This document shows, in pieces, positions 29,599-41,132 of a stretch of DNA of 64,000 nt. The stretch lies in contig DASCPX010000063.1 of assembly GCA_036012755.1 (NCBI GenBank), forward strand, positions 1 through 64,000, given 5' to 3'. Each line of letters starts with the position of its first letter. The stretch's first letter is position 1. Origin of the DNA: Myxococcota bacterium (GTDB taxonomy: Bacteria > Myxococcota_A > UBA796 > CAJQPC01). Made by a program: the position numbers and the translations under genes. Below the pieces are notes generated by a model. It was not told where the DNA came from. It ran no database searches and saw only the letters and a list, made by a program, of their open reading frames with translations.

Positions 29599-30215
29599 TC
29601 CTCTTGACCGGCCTCGCCGCTGCCGAGGAGCCGGTCGAGCCGGCGGAGCAGCCCTCCTTCCGCTTCGCGGATCCCGGCGCCTGGGCTGGGATCGCTGCGG
29701 GCCCGAATACCGCCGTGCTCAACCGCGACTGGCTGCAGAGCCAGAGCACGGTCCAGCTCGAGGTCGGAGGCAAGCTGGGGCCGGTCCGCCTTGGCGGCAA
29801 GCTGCGCATGAACCACCTCAACGTGACGAACTACATCTCGCAGCTCGAGGAGCTCGGCCGCCCGGTGGCGCCAGGGGACGCGCGGATCACCAGCCTCGGC
29901 GCGGTGGTCACCCTGCCGATGCACATCGGCCCGGTCTTCATGGCGACTCCTAGAGTGGCGCTGGGGGCGTCGGTGTGGAACTCTCCCATGGACCAGCAGT
30001 TCTACGAGTCAGAGGTCCTCCAGGGCGAGTGGGGCGGCCAGGAGCCCGCGGCGGGGCTGATGGAGCCTGGCGGTTTCTTCGATGTCGGCCTCGATCTGGG
30101 GCTCGTGGTCAACGACCACGCCGAGATCTTCCTCGGTACGCGGACCGATATCGTCTACACGGGCGCGTTGATGGTCGGCGTCGAGACGGTCCTCGGAGTG
30201 AACGCCACCCTCTGA
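29586..30215 (+). CDS. Putative outer-membrane beta-barrel protein
   Basis: Signal LILLTGLAAA, alternating hydrophobic strands, terminal strand VLGVNATL. Confidence 0.5.
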   Translation: MVPLILLTGLAAAEEPVEPAEQPSFRFADPGAWAGIAAGPNTAVLNRDWLQSQSTVQLEVGGKLGPVRLGGKLRMNHLNVTNYISQLEELGRPVAPGDARITSLGAVVTLPMHIGPVFMATPRVALGASVWNSPMDQQFYESEVLQGEWGGQEPAAGLMEPGGFFDVGLDLGLVVNDHAEIFLGTRTDIVYTGALMVGVETVLGVNATL

Positions 30216-30286
30216 GCGGGCGTGCGTCGGAGCCTTCGCCGCGATAGGCCGCGCGCAAAGTCAGCCTGTCCGGAGGACCCCGTCCA

Positions 30287-31654
30287 GTGGCCGTGCATCG
30301 GATCAAGAAGGGACTCGACATTCCCATTACCGGCGCCCCGGAGCAGGTCGTCGATCAGGGTGCCGCCCCCACCCGTGTCGCCGTGGTCGCCAGCGACTTC
30401 GTGGGCATGAAGCCCCGGCTGAGGGTGGACGTCGGCGACCAGGTCAAGCGCGGCCAGCCCCTCTTCGACGACCGCAAGCGCGAGGGTGTCGTGCACACGG
30501 CGCCGGCAGCCGGGGTCGTCGTCGCGGTGAATCGGGGCAAGCGAAGGGCATTTCAGTCCATCGTCATCGAGCTGACGGAGGCAGAGCGCGCCGGCCGGCC
30601 CGGTGACGATGAGCTCCAGGACTTCGCCTCGTACACGGGCGCTCCGGTCTCCGAGGTCTCCGCCGAGCAGGTCCGGGACCTGCTGTTGGAGAGCGGCGCC
30701 TGGACCGCTTTCCGGACCCGGCCCTATGGTCGGGTGCCCAACGCCGGGGACACGCCGAAGTCGATCTTCGTCACCGCCAGCGACACGAACCCGCTGTCGG
30801 CTCGACCCGACGTGGTCCTGGAGGACCGGCAAGAGGACTTCCAGCGCGGCCTCGACGCGATCGCCAAGCTGGCCGATGTCCACCTCTGCCAGCACGAGTC
30901 CGCGGCGGTCGCTGGCGACAACGTGAGCCAGCACACCTTCGCGGGGCCTCATCCGGCAGGCAACGTCGGCACCCACATCCACCTCCTGGACCCCGTCTGG
31001 CGCGAGAAGACCGTCTGGCACCTCGGCTACCAGGACGTGGCAGCCATCGGAGAGCTGATCGCGACAGGCGTCGTCGCGGTCTCCCGTGTCGTCGCCCTCG
31101 GCGGGCCCCAGGTGGACAAGCCCCGGCTCCTGTCGACTCGGCTCGGCGCCAGCGTCGACGAGCTCGTCGCCGGGGAGCTGAAGGACGGAGAGAACCGCGT
31201 CATCAGCGGGTCGATCCTCAGCGGAACCATCGCGATGGGAGAGATCTTCGGCTACCTCGGCCGCTACGCGAACCAGGTCAGCGTCCTGCGCGAGGGCCGC
31301 AGCCGCAACTTCCTCGGCTGGCTGACCCCGGGTCTGAACGTGTTCAGCACGATGCCCACCTTCCTCAGCGGGGCCCTGCCCAGCTCCAGGCTCTACGACA
31401 TCACGACCGCCGAGAACGGCGGCAAGCGCGCCATGGTGCCCATCGGCCGCTACGAAGAGGTCTTCCCCCTCGACATCCTGCCGACCTTCCTCTTGCGCAG
31501 CATCCTCTCTGGCGACCTCGAGCGGGCCGAAGCCCTCGGCGTGCTCGAGCTGGCCGAAGAGGACCTGGCGCTCTGCACGGTCGTCTGCCCGAACAAGCAC
31601 GACTTCGGACCGGTGCTGCGCACCGTGCTGAACACCATCGAGGCCGAAGGATGA
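30287..31654 (+). CDS. nqrA: Na+-translocating NADH:quinone reductase subunit A
   Basis: [44 protein letters not shown]. Confidence 0.96.
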   Translation: MAVHRIKKGLDIPITGAPEQVVDQGAAPTRVAVVASDFVGMKPRLRVDVGDQVKRGQPLFDDRKREGVVHTAPAAGVVVAVNRGKRRAFQSIVIELTEAERAGRPGDDELQDFASYTGAPVSEVSAEQVRDLLLESGAWTAFRTRPYGRVPNAGDTPKSIFVTASDTNPLSARPDVVLEDRQEDFQRGLDAIAKLADVHLCQHESAAVAGDNVSQHTFAGPHPAGNVGTHIHLLDPVWREKTVWHLGYQDVAAIGELIATGVVAVSRVVALGGPQVDKPRLLSTRLGASVDELVAGELKDGENRVISGSILSGTIAMGEIFGYLGRYANQVSVLREGRSRNFLGWLTPGLNVFSTMPTFLSGALPSSRLYDITTAENGGKRAMVPIGRYEEVFPLDILPTFLLRSILSGDLERAEALGVLELAEEDLALCTVVCPNKHDFGPVLRTVLNTIEAEG

Positions 31655-32856
31655 AGCTCCTGCGTGACCAGCTCGACAAGCTCGAGCCGCGCTTCCAACC
31701 CGGTGGCCCGCTCGAGAAGGCCTTCGCGCTGTTCGAGATGGCGGATACCTTCCTCTTCACCCCCGGCACCGTCACCAGGGCAGGGGCCCACGTCCGCGAC
31801 TACCTCGACCAGAAGCGGATGATGATCATGGTGGCCCTGGCCGTCATGCCGGCGGCGGCCTTCGGTGTCTACAACATCGGCCTGCAGGCGCTGACCGCGA
31901 ACGCCGCTGGGGCCGGCCTGCGGGACGACTGGCAGACCGCGGTCTTCGAGGCGCTCGGCATGGCGACGGACCCCGCCGACATCCTCGCCTGCGTCGTCTA
32001 CGGGCTCTGCTACTTCGTGCCCATCTTCCTCGTGGTGCACATCGTCGGGGGCATCTGGGAGGTGCTCTTCGCCACGGTGCGCAAGCACGAGATCAACGAG
32101 GGCTTCCTCGTCACCGGCGCGCTCTTTCCACTCATCTGCCCGCCCACGATCCCGCTCTGGCAGGTGGCTCTGGGCATCACCTTCGGGGTCGTCGTCGGAA
32201 AGGAGCTCTTCGGCGGGGTCGGTCGAAACGTGCTGAACCCCGCGCTCACAGGGCGCGCCTTCCTCTTCTTCGCCTACCCGGCGCAGATCTCCGGCGACAA
32301 GGTCTGGATCCCAGCAGAGGACGCCTACTCCGGCGCCACTCCGCTCGCGGACGCCTCGGCGGGCGGCCTCGGCGCGATCGACTCCACCTGGCTCGACGCC
32401 TTCTACGGCTTCGTTCCAGGCAGCATCGGCGAGGTCTCCGCGCTGGCCTGCTTCATCGGCATGGCGCTGCTCATCCTCACGAAGGTCGGCAGCTGGCGCA
32501 TCGTCTTCGGAGGCTTCCTCGGCACGGCCTTGTGCGCGTGGCTCCTGAACATGGTCGGGTCCGAGACCAACCCGATGTTCGAGATCCCTTTCTGGTGGCA
32601 CTACGTGCTCGGTGGCTGGGCCTTCGGCATCGCCTTCATGGCGACGGACCCGGTGAGCGCCGCGTACACGAGGTCCGGGAAGCTCGCCTATGGCTTCCTC
32701 ATCGGTGTCGTCGTCGTGCTCATCCGCGTGGTCAACCCGGCCTACCCGGAGGGGATGATGCTCGCGATCCTCTTCATGAACCTCTTCAGCCCGCTGCTCG
32801 ATCACTTCGTCGTGCAGCGGAACATCAAGCGGAGGATGGCTCGCTATGCAGCGTGA
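31651..32856 (+). CDS. nqrB: Na+-NQR subunit B
   Basis: [32 protein letters not shown] site [25 protein letters not shown]. Confidence 0.96.
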   Translation: MKLLRDQLDKLEPRFQPGGPLEKAFALFEMADTFLFTPGTVTRAGAHVRDYLDQKRMMIMVALAVMPAAAFGVYNIGLQALTANAAGAGLRDDWQTAVFEALGMATDPADILACVVYGLCYFVPIFLVVHIVGGIWEVLFATVRKHEINEGFLVTGALFPLICPPTIPLWQVALGITFGVVVGKELFGGVGRNVLNPALTGRAFLFFAYPAQISGDKVWIPAEDAYSGATPLADASAGGLGAIDSTWLDAFYGFVPGSIGEVSALACFIGMALLILTKVGSWRIVFGGFLGTALCAWLLNMVGSETNPMFEIPFWWHYVLGGWAFGIAFMATDPVSAAYTRSGKLAYGFLIGVVVVLIRVVNPAYPEGMMLAILFMNLFSPLLDHFVVQRNIKRRMARYAA

Positions 32857-33634
32857 TTCCGTCGTCTACACCGTCGGCTTCGCCGCGGTCGTGTGCCTGA
32901 TCGCGAGCCTCTTCGTGTCCGGCTCCGCCGTCGCGCTGAAGGACAGGCAAGAGGCCAACAAGGCCGCCGACAAGCAGAAGAAGGTCCTCGTCGTCGCCGG
33001 CTTCCTCGACGAGAGCGCCAGGCCCAAGCCCACCAACGAGCAGGTCCAGCAGCTCTTCGACGACAACATCTCCAGCCGCGTCGTCGACATGAACACGGGC
33101 GAGTACGCCGACGACGCCGTCGACCTCGCCACCTACGACGCCCGCAGGGCCGCAAAGGACCCCAGCCTCTCCTTCGAGGTCGAAGAGAACTCCGCCAAGA
33201 TCGCCCGGGTCCCCAACCACGCAGTGATCTACGAGGTGGTGGACAGCTCCGGTGAGCTCGACAAGGTCATCCTGCCGATCCACGGCCCAGGCCTGTGGTC
33301 GACGCTCTATGGCTTCCTCGCGGTCGACGCCGACGGCAACACCATCGAGGGCATCACCTTCTACGAGCACGCCGAGACCCCAGGGCTCGGTGGCGAGGTC
33401 GACAACCCCTCGTGGAAGGAGAACTGGGTGGGCCGCAAGGTCTACGACGCCTCTGGCGAGGTGGCCATCCACGTGATCAAGGGCAAGGCGGGCAAGCCGG
33501 ATGCTGCTCCCTACGAGGTCGACGGCCTCTCCGGGGCGACGCTCACCGCCATCGGCGTCAACAAGACCCTGGAGTTCTGGCTCGGCGACGACGCCTTCGG
33601 TCCTTTCCTCCGACAGAACGTGAGGGGCTCATGA
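32846..33634 (+). CDS. nqrC: Na+-NQR subunit C
   Basis: [24 protein letters not shown] site [10 protein letters not shown]. Confidence 0.95.
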   Translation: MQRDSVVYTVGFAAVVCLIASLFVSGSAVALKDRQEANKAADKQKKVLVVAGFLDESARPKPTNEQVQQLFDDNISSRVVDMNTGEYADDAVDLATYDARRAAKDPSLSFEVEENSAKIARVPNHAVIYEVVDSSGELDKVILPIHGPGLWSTLYGFLAVDADGNTIEGITFYEHAETPGLGGEVDNPSWKENWVGRKVYDASGEVAIHVIKGKAGKPDAAPYEVDGLSGATLTAIGVNKTLEFWLGDDAFGPFLRQNVRGS

Positions 33635-34275
33635 GCGCTCGGCAAGGTGTCTTCGGCAAGAGACAGCGCGAGGCGCTGGTCGACCCGCTGTTCAACAACA
33701 ACCCCATCGCGCTCCAGGTCCTCGGCATCTGCTCGGCCCTGGCGGTGACGACCAAGATGGAGACCTCTCTGGTGATGTGCGCTGCGCTCACCGGAGTCCT
33801 GGTCTTCAGCAACGTCATCATCTCGGTGATGCGGAACCTCATCCCCTCCAGCATCCGGATCGTCGTCCAGCTGACCATCATCGCGTCGCTGGTCATCATC
33901 GCGGACCAGATCCTGAAGGCCTACCTCTTCGACGTCAGCAAGCAGCTCTCGGTCTTCGTCGGGCTGATCATCACGAACTGCATCGTGATGGGTCGCGCAG
34001 AGGCATACGCCATGCAGAACGGGCCGGTCCTGTCTGCCTACGACGGCCTCGGCAACTCCCTCGGCTACAGCGTCGTGCTCATCTTCGTCGCCTTCTTCCG
34101 CGAGCTGTTCGGGAGCGGCAAGCTGCTCGGCTACGAGGTGCTGCCGCTGTACACCGACGGCGGCTGGTACAACCCGAACGGCCTGATGGTGCTGGCTCCC
34201 AGCGCTTTCTTGCTCATCGGCTTCTTCATCTGGGGCATCCGAGTCTGGAAGCCCGAGCAGTGCGAGGACGAATAG
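33631..34275 (+). CDS. nqrD: Na+-NQR subunit D
   Basis: [41 protein letters not shown]. Confidence 0.96.
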   Translation: MSARQGVFGKRQREALVDPLFNNNPIALQVLGICSALAVTTKMETSLVMCAALTGVLVFSNVIISVMRNLIPSSIRIVVQLTIIASLVIIADQILKAYLFDVSKQLSVFVGLIITNCIVMGRAEAYAMQNGPVLSAYDGLGNSLGYSVVLIFVAFFRELFGSGKLLGYEVLPLYTDGGWYNPNGLMVLAPSAFLLIGFFIWGIRVWKPEQCEDE

Positions 34276-34278
34276 ACC

Positions 34279-34896
34279 ATGGAAGCTCTACTCAGCCTCG
34301 CCGTGAAGGCCACCTTCGTCGAGAACATGGCCCTGGCCTTCTTCCTGGGCATGTGCTCGTTCTTGGCGGTCAGCAAGAAGGTCGAGACCGCCATCGGGCT
34401 CGGCTTCGCCGTCATCTTCGTCCTCGGCATCACCTGTCCGGCCAACTACCTCATCTACGAGTACCTCCTCGCGGAGGGCGCCCTGTCCTGGACGGGTGTC
34501 GAGGCCCTGGCGACCGTCGACCTGTCCTTCCTGACCTTCCTCTCCTTCATCGGGACCATCGCGGCGATGGTGCAGATCGTCGAGATGGTGTTGGACAAGT
34601 ACTTCCCTGATCTCTACAACGCCCTGGGCGTCTTCCTCCCGCTCATCGCGGTGAACTGCGCGATCCTGGGCGCCTCGTTGTTCATGGTCGAGCGCAATTA
34701 CGATCTGGCCGAGAGCGTCGTCTACGGTGCCGGCAGCGGCATCGGCTGGCTGCTGGCGGTCGTCGCCCTGGCCGCCATCCGCGAGAAGATGCGCTACTCG
34801 GACGTGCCCCCGGCCCTGCGCGGGCTCGGCATCACCTTCATCCTCACCGGGTTGATGGCCATCGGTTTCATGGCCTTCGCCGGCATCCAGCTCTAG
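34279..34896 (+). CDS. nqrE: Na+-NQR subunit E
   Basis: [50 protein letters not shown]. Confidence 0.96.
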   Translation: MEALLSLAVKATFVENMALAFFLGMCSFLAVSKKVETAIGLGFAVIFVLGITCPANYLIYEYLLAEGALSWTGVEALATVDLSFLTFLSFIGTIAAMVQIVEMVLDKYFPDLYNALGVFLPLIAVNCAILGASLFMVERNYDLAESVVYGAGSGIGWLLAVVALAAIREKMRYSDVPPALRGLGITFILTGLMAIGFMAFAGIQL

Positions 34897-34905
34897 GGGG
34901 CAGGC

Positions 34906-36135
34906 ATGGACTACATGCTCATCGGCCTTGGCGTGGTGATGTTCACGCTCATCGTCCTGGCCCTCGTCGGCGTCCTCATGGCCGCCAAGGCCAAGCTCGT
35001 GTCCGACGCGGACGTGAAGATCATCGTCAACGAAGACAAGGACAAGGCCATCATCGCCAAGGCTGGCGGCACGCTGCTGAACACCCTGGCCGAGCAGAAG
35101 ATCTTCATCCCCAGCGCCTGCGGCGGCATGGGCTCCTGCGGTGTCTGCAAGGTCCACGTCCACGAAGGCGGCGGCGCCATGCTGCCGACCGAGAAGGGCT
35201 TCATCAACCGGGGCGAGGCCAGGGAGGGTGTGCGACTGGCCTGCCAGGTCAAGCTCAAGGGCGACCTCGAGATCGAGGTCGAACCGGAGATCTTCTCCGT
35301 GCGCAAGTGGGAGGCGACGGTCCGTTCCAACAAGAACGTGGCGACCTTCATCAAGGAGTTCCTGCTCGAGCTGCCCGAGGGCGAGTCGGTGCCCTTCCGG
35401 GCCGGCGGCTACATCCAGATCGAGTGCCCTCCCCACGTCGCCGACTACAAGGACTTCGAGATCGAGGACGAGTACCGGGAGGACTGGGACAAGTACAACA
35501 TGTGGCAGTTCGTCTCGAAGGTCGGCGAGGACACCGTCCGGGCCTACTCGATGGCGAACTACCCGGGCGAAGAGGGCATCATCATGCTCAACATCCGCAT
35601 CGCCTCGCCGCCGCCTCGCATGCCGGAGCTGCCCCCCGGCAAGATGTCCAGCTACATCTTCGCCCAGAAGCCTGGAGACAAGGTCATCATCAGCGGCCCC
35701 TTCGGCGAGTTCTTCGCGAAGGAGACCCAAAACGAGATGCTCTTCATCGGCGGCGGCGCTGGCATGGCCCCGATGCGGTCTCACATCTTCGACCAGTTCA
35801 AGCGCCTCAAGACCAAGCGCAAGGTCACCTTCTGGTACGGCGCCCGCTCATGGCGAGAGGCCTTCTACGTCGAGGACTTCAACGAGATCCAGGAAGAGAA
35901 CGACAACTTCCAGTGGTTCGTGGCGCTCTCCGACGCCACGCCAGAGGACAACTGGAAGGGGCTCACCGGCTACATCCACCAGGTCGTGCTCGACGAGTAC
36001 CTGAGCACCCACCCCTCGCCGGAAGACATCGAGTACTACCTCTGCGGCCCGCCGATCATGAACAAGTGCGTGATCGAGATGCTCGAGGACCTCGGCGTCG
36101 AGCCCGAGAACATCCTCCTGGACGACTTCGGGTAG
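34906..36135 (+). CDS. nqrF: Na+-NQR subunit F
   Basis: 2Fe-2S motif [49 protein letters not shown]. Confidence 0.97.
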   Translation: MDYMLIGLGVVMFTLIVLALVGVLMAAKAKLVSDADVKIIVNEDKDKAIIAKAGGTLLNTLAEQKIFIPSACGGMGSCGVCKVHVHEGGGAMLPTEKGFINRGEAREGVRLACQVKLKGDLEIEVEPEIFSVRKWEATVRSNKNVATFIKEFLLELPEGESVPFRAGGYIQIECPPHVADYKDFEIEDEYREDWDKYNMWQFVSKVGEDTVRAYSMANYPGEEGIIMLNIRIASPPPRMPELPPGKMSSYIFAQKPGDKVIISGPFGEFFAKETQNEMLFIGGGAGMAPMRSHIFDQFKRLKTKRKVTFWYGARSWREAFYVEDFNEIQEENDNFQWFVALSDATPEDNWKGLTGYIHQVVLDEYLSTHPSPEDIEYYLCGPPIMNKCVIEMLEDLGVEPENILLDDFG

Positions 36136-37178
36136 TGTCCGCGGGCGAGCCGCTGGATGTGAAGAAGCTGATCCTGCCGGCGCTCTTCCTCGCCCTGGTC
36201 TTTGGCGCCTTGATCTGGCGGCGCCCGGCGGCCGTGGAGCCCCAGACCCTCCACGGCGAGAGCATGGGCACCACCTGGAACGTCCGGCTCGTGGGGGTAG
36301 AGGACGCAGAGGTCGATGGCCTTGGGCTGCTCGTGCAGTCGGAGCTCGACGCCATCGACGGCTTGATGTCCACCTGGAAGCCCGACTCGGAGCTCAGCCG
36401 CTTCAACGCGCACGAGCTGGCCACGCCCTTCCCCTTGTCCGAGGAGAGCGCAGAGGTCCTCGCGTTGGCGACCGACGTGAACGCTGGCAGCGGAGGGGCC
36501 TTCGACGTCACCGTCGGGCCGGCGGTGGCCGCGTGGGGTTTCGGCGCGGGTGCCCACGAAGACCCGCCCACCGACGAGGAGCTCGCGGCGCTGACCAGGG
36601 TGGTTGGCTTCGAGAAGCTGCGGGTGGACCCGGGCGCTGCAGAGGCGACGAAGGCCAACCCGGGGGTCCGCGTCGATCTCTCGGCCATCGCCAAGGGCTA
36701 CGCGGTGGACCGGGTCAGCGCCGCGCTGCTCGACGCCGGACATATGAACCACCTCGTCGAGGTGGGGGGCGAGGTCGTGGCCAGGGGCGAAAAGGGCGAG
36801 GGCAGGCCCTGGGTCGTCGGCATCGACAAGCCGCTCTACGAGGGCCGCGAGGTCCAGGTGGCGCTGGCGCTGAGCGACATGGCGCTGGCCACCAGCGGCG
36901 ACTACCGCAACTTCGTCGACTCGTATGGGGAGCGACGCCAGCACACGATCGACCCCAGGACCCTGAGGCCGGTGGACCACGATCTCGCCAGCGTCTCGGT
37001 GATCGCCCCCAGCTGCGCGGCGGCGGACGCCTGGGCCACGGCGCTCATGGTCATGGGGGCGTCCAAGGGCAAGGCGGTCGCCGAGCGCATGCCCATAGAG
37101 GCCCTGTTCATCGTGCGCGGCCCGGACCGCTTCGAGGAGACTGCGACCAGCGGCTTCGACGATTACAGGGTGGAGTAG
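36135..37178 (+). CDS. apbE: FAD:protein FMN transferase
   Basis: MGTTW, SELSRFN, GAFDVTVGP, DLSAIAKGYAVD, ATSGDYRN, HTIDPRT, ADAWATALMV. Start is GTG at 36135 or 36159. Confidence 0.93.
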   Translation: MSAGEPLDVKKLILPALFLALVFGALIWRRPAAVEPQTLHGESMGTTWNVRLVGVEDAEVDGLGLLVQSELDAIDGLMSTWKPDSELSRFNAHELATPFPLSEESAEVLALATDVNAGSGGAFDVTVGPAVAAWGFGAGAHEDPPTDEELAALTRVVGFEKLRVDPGAAEATKANPGVRVDLSAIAKGYAVDRVSAALLDAGHMNHLVEVGGEVVARGEKGEGRPWVVGIDKPLYEGREVQVALALSDMALATSGDYRNFVDSYGERRQHTIDPRTLRPVDHDLASVSVIAPSCAAADAWATALMVMGASKGKAVAERMPIEALFIVRGPDRFEETATSGFDDYRVE

Positions 37179-37358
37179 ATGACCACCTTCCTCGCCACCT
37201 TCGGCTTCGTCGCCGTCGCCATGGTCGCCATGGCCATCGGCGTCATCCTGACGGGCAGGCGGCTCCGCGGGAGCTGCGGAGGGGGCGCGGACGACTGCGT
37301 CTGCGAGATCGAGAAGCGTCGCGAATGCCACGCCAGGCGCGGCATCGTCGGGGACTGA
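37179..37358 (+). CDS. nqrM: Na+-NQR maturation protein NqrM (DUF539), 59 aa
   Basis: Hand-translated MTTFLATFGFVAVAMVAMAIGVILTGRRLRGSCGGGADDCVCEIEKRRECHARRGIVGD: one TM helix, GSCGG and further Cys, directly after apbE. Below the ORF-track length cut-off. Confidence 0.88.
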   Translation: MTTFLATFGFVAVAMVAMAIGVILTGRRLRGSCGGGADDCVCEIEKRRECHARRGIVGD

Positions 37359-37360
37359 CT

Positions 37361-38674
37361 TCAGACCTGCAGCGCGTGGAGCAGGTCCCGCTTCAGGTCG
37401 CTGAGGTGCTCGATTCCCGCCGACATCCGGATCAGTCCTGGCTGAACACCCAGGTCCTCGAGCTGCTCCGGGGGCACGTCCGCGTGCGTCATGCTCATCG
37501 GGTGCTCGACCAGGCTCTCCGTGCCTCCCAGGGACACGGCCAGCCGGAAGACCTCGAAGGAGTCCAGCACGCGCCAGGCGGCCTCCTTGCCGCCCTTGAC
37601 CTCGAAGGCGATGAGCGAGCCGGGGCCGGTGCACTGGCGTGAGTAGATGTCGTGCTGGGGGTCTTCTGGCTGGAGCAGGCCCGGGTAGTGGACCTTCGTG
37701 ACCTGGGGGTGGGCGTCGAGGAGCTCGGCGAGGGCCTGGGCGTTCTTGGCCTGCCGGCGCATGCGGATCGACACGGTCTCCAGGGACCGCAGCAGCATCC
37801 AGCCCGTAAACGGAGTGGCCATCGTGCCGAGGATGGTCCGGAGCACCATCACCTCGGCCATCAGGTCCCGGGGCCCGGTGGCCACCCCGGCGACGAGATC
37901 GCTGTGGCCGCCGATGAACTTGGTCGCCGAGTAGAGCACGATGTCGGCCCCGCATTGCGCCGGGCGCTGGAAGACAGGGCCCAGGAAGGTGTTGTCCACC
38001 GCGACCAGGACTCGGCGTCCGGTTCTAGCCGACAGCCGCTGGGCCAACTCGGCGACCTCGGCGATGTCGGTGAGGGCGTTGGAGGGGTTCGCCGGGGTCT
38101 CGACGAAGAGCATCCGGACCCGCTCGGGCCCCACGCGCTCTGCCTCCTGCTCCAGGCGCTGCGCCGCGCCCGTGCCCCCGAGCACCTGAGAGGCCTTGAT
38201 GCCGAAGCGTGGCAGCACGTTCTCCAGCAGGAAGTGCGTGCCCCCGTACACCGGGGCGGTGGAGATGATGTGATCCCCAGAGCTCGTCAGCGCCATCAGC
38301 GTCGTCGAGATCGCGGCCATGCCAGAGGCGAAGACCGCGCCCAGCTCCGTCCGGTCCCAGGCGGCGATGCGCTCCTCGAACATCTGGAGGTTGGGGTTGT
38401 TGAGTCGCGAGTAGATGAGCCCCGGCACCTCACCCTTGCGGGCCTCGTCCAGGCCGTAGGCCAGCTCGAAGAAGCGCGCCCCCGAGGCAGCGTCCGTGAA
38501 CTGGAAGGTAGAGGTGAGGAAGACGGGAGGCTTCAACGCCCCCTGGCTGAGCTCGGGCTCGTAGCCGAGGCCCAGAGCCAGTGTCTCGGGGTTGAACTCG
38601 CGGCCGCTGGGGCCGTGGTGACGCTTCATGCTCTGCTCCGGGTCAGGACTCCTCGAGGGCCGCTGGCGGCTCAT
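37361..38674 (-). CDS. Cys/Met metabolism PLP-dependent enzyme (cystathionine gamma-synthase / methionine gamma-lyase family)
   Basis: KPPVFLTSTF, YSRLNNPN, ETPANP, DNTF, SATKFIGGHSD (PLP Lys), AVSLGGTESL. Alternative start at 38629. Confidence 0.9.
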   Translation of the reverse strand: MSRQRPSRSPDPEQSMKRHHGPSGREFNPETLALGLGYEPELSQGALKPPVFLTSTFQFTDAASGARFFELAYGLDEARKGEVPGLIYSRLNNPNLQMFEERIAAWDRTELGAVFASGMAAISTTLMALTSSGDHIISTAPVYGGTHFLLENVLPRFGIKASQVLGGTGAAQRLEQEAERVGPERVRMLFVETPANPSNALTDIAEVAELAQRLSARTGRRVLVAVDNTFLGPVFQRPAQCGADIVLYSATKFIGGHSDLVAGVATGPRDLMAEVMVLRTILGTMATPFTGWMLLRSLETVSIRMRRQAKNAQALAELLDAHPQVTKVHYPGLLQPEDPQHDIYSRQCTGPGSLIAFEVKGGKEAAWRVLDSFEVFRLAVSLGGTESLVEHPMSMTHADVPPEQLEDLGVQPGLIRMSAGIEHLSDLKRDLLHALQV

Positions 38675-38752
38675 AGCATTCACGCCATGCTCGGTCCTCT
38701 TGTGCGACCCTCGGCCGCCGGCTCGCACATCCCATCGCGTTAGGCCCACGGC

Positions 38753-39292
38753 GTGTTCGCCTTCTCCCCGCGCAAGGAGCTCGAGCTCTCGAGCCCCCTG
38801 AGTCCAGAGGCTGCCACCGAGCGGCTCTCGGAGGTGACCGAGCCGAGCGAGAAGTTCCCCCTGCGGTCCAAGCTCTCGGGGGCCGGCATCGTCGTCCGCG
38901 TGCTGCATCCGCCTGACACCGACAAGGCGCTGTTCGGGCGGGTCGCCGCAGAGGGCTTCAAGGTCGCCCGCGTCCCGGACCCCCAGAACCAGGGTCCCTT
39001 CCAGCCGATCGCCGAAGGCAGCGTGAGCGACTCCGGGCAGGGCAGCACCATCCAGCTCGTCCTCAGACCCCACAAGCAGGTCCGGACCTACTCGCCGATC
39101 TTCGCGGGCGCCGCGCTGGTGCTGTTGGCCGCCGCCGGGGTCATGTTCGGCGACAAGCCGGCGATCGCTGTCATCGCCCTGGTCTTCGGGGGGCTGTTGC
39201 TCGTCTTTCCGCGCTTCCGAGCCGCCCACGGTTTCGAGCGGGGCTGCCAGGAGCTCGAGGCCAGCCTCCGCCGTGTCTTCGAGAGCGAGTAG
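38753..39292 (+). CDS. Hypothetical membrane protein
   Basis: 179 aa with two C-terminal TM helices and genome-typical codon bias. Confidence 0.65.
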   Translation: MFAFSPRKELELSSPLSPEAATERLSEVTEPSEKFPLRSKLSGAGIVVRVLHPPDTDKALFGRVAAEGFKVARVPDPQNQGPFQPIAEGSVSDSGQGSTIQLVLRPHKQVRTYSPIFAGAALVLLAAAGVMFGDKPAIAVIALVFGGLLLVFPRFRAAHGFERGCQELEASLRRVFESE

Positions 39293-39381
39293 ACGGGCGA
39301 AGCCGGCTCCGAGCCCGTATACTGCGCTCCGCTCGGGCCTTGGGAAACAAGGCTGTTCTCTGCCTTTCGGAGGCACCCAAG

Positions 39382-41130
39382 ATGATGCTCGCACTGCCCG
39401 TCTTCGCCGTGCTCACCGGTTGCCAGCCGGATGAGCCGAGCGCAGAGGAGGAAGAGGGCTACTCCTTCTTCGAGATCCACCCCCCGGAGGGCGCCCAGGG
39501 CACCTCCTCCACCGTCGTCATCACAGCCGACCGGTCGGTCTTCGACTTCAGCGACACAGAGCTCTTCTTCGGCGAGGGCATCCTGATCGAGAGCGTGACC
39601 GTCGACGACGGCTGGACGGTCATCGCCGACATCACCATCGAGCCGGACGCCGAGCTCGGCGGGCGGGACGTCACGGCCATCGTGGGCGGGCTCGACTACG
39701 ACATCGGGCGCTTCCGCGTGGTCGGCGAGACCTTCACCATCACCCCCGAGCGGGGCAAGATCGGCGAGAGCGTCAGCGTCGTCCTCGAGGGCCACAACAC
39801 CCAGTGGAAGGACGGCCGCACCTGGGTCAACTTCGGCGACGGCGTCGACGTCCTCGACGTCACCGTGCTCGCGGAGACCCTCGTCGAGGCAGAGGTCAGC
39901 ATCGAAGGGGACGCGATCCCCGGCGCTCGGGACGTCTGGACAGAGGACGGCGGCAAGATCGTCACCCTCTACGATGGCTTCCAGGTCGACCGCGTCGCCC
40001 TCGTCGCCACCTGGGACCCGGCCGAGGCCAGCCAGGGCACGATGGTCGAGTTCACGATCAAGGCTCGGGACACCAACTTCGCCCAGGACCTCACCTCCAT
40101 CACCTTCTACGACAACGGCGGGCTCAACCCGGACATCCGCGTCGACGACATCACGGTGCTCGACGCAGAGAACCTCTGGGGTCGCATGACCCTGTCCAAC
40201 GCCGCAGAGCTCGGCTCACGCGACGTCGTCGTCGCCACAGAGGACGAGGGCGTGCGCATCCCCGACGCCTTCGAGGTCGCCGGTGGCGACTGGTCCCTCG
40301 AAGAGGTCGCCGTCAGCCTGTACTTCGTCGTCGTCCGCGGTCTCAACAACGAGTCCGGCGAGCTCTCGGAGCGCGTCTCCTCCGCGGCTGTCTTCTACAT
40401 CCCCCTGGACCCGCCCTGCGGCGGCGGCGGCGCAGGCTTCGGCTCCGCACCCCAGCCCGAGCCCTACGACCAGAACGTCGTCGGGCCCATCACCGGTAGC
40501 GGCAGCGAAGGCGAGGCAGAGGACTGCCCCAACCCGACCACCGTCAGCGCCGGCGACTACGTCTGGCTCGAGTCCGACGCCAACGTCGTCACGCTCGACA
40601 AGGTCGTCGATCCCAACTCCGGGATGATCTCCTACGTCGGCCAGGACCTGACGATCGACGACTACGTGCCCGACAACCTCTACGACCTCCACCTGCAGGG
40701 GGACCCCGACGGACTCGAAGAGGAGATCGTCGAGGGCGTCCAGCCCACCGTGCCCTGCAACTGGTACATGGAGTCACCGGATCTGTGGGGGAACTACACC
40801 CAGGACCGCAGCACCGACTTCGAGTACGTCTGGTACAACACGGAGGGCGGCTACGGCGCCTGCACCTACCCGGACGCGATCTTCTACACGGAGATCAACG
40901 GCACGACCTACAACGGCACCACCGATCCGGGCATGGCCGCGAGCTACCCCTGGGACGACGGCTACCACAGCTACACCCCCGACGAGCTGCTGTACCTCGA
41001 CCCCGGGGCGGTCTACTTCATCGCCTACAGCTACATCTCCGGGCGCGAGTTCGGCCTGCGAGACAGCATCTACCAGACAAACCAGGCCTACTCCTACATC
41101 TACTTCCAGGCCTCCTTCATCCTGGAGTGA
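39382..41130 (+). CDS. Lipoprotein with three Ig/IPT-like repeats and a C-terminal beta-rich domain
   Basis: GGAGG SD, MMLALPVFAVLTGC, and three ~85-aa repeats (P..G.QG...V.I....F....V.....I..DAELG.RDV). Confidence 0.8.
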   Translation: MMLALPVFAVLTGCQPDEPSAEEEEGYSFFEIHPPEGAQGTSSTVVITADRSVFDFSDTELFFGEGILIESVTVDDGWTVIADITIEPDAELGGRDVTAIVGGLDYDIGRFRVVGETFTITPERGKIGESVSVVLEGHNTQWKDGRTWVNFGDGVDVLDVTVLAETLVEAEVSIEGDAIPGARDVWTEDGGKIVTLYDGFQVDRVALVATWDPAEASQGTMVEFTIKARDTNFAQDLTSITFYDNGGLNPDIRVDDITVLDAENLWGRMTLSNAAELGSRDVVVATEDEGVRIPDAFEVAGGDWSLEEVAVSLYFVVVRGLNNESGELSERVSSAAVFYIPLDPPCGGGGAGFGSAPQPEPYDQNVVGPITGSGSEGEAEDCPNPTTVSAGDYVWLESDANVVTLDKVVDPNSGMISYVGQDLTIDDYVPDNLYDLHLQGDPDGLEEEIVEGVQPTVPCNWYMESPDLWGNYTQDRSTDFEYVWYNTEGGYGACTYPDAIFYTEINGTTYNGTTDPGMAASYPWDDGYHSYTPDELLYLDPGAVYFIAYSYISGREFGLRDSIYQTNQAYSYIYFQASFILE

Positions 41131-41132
41131 GC

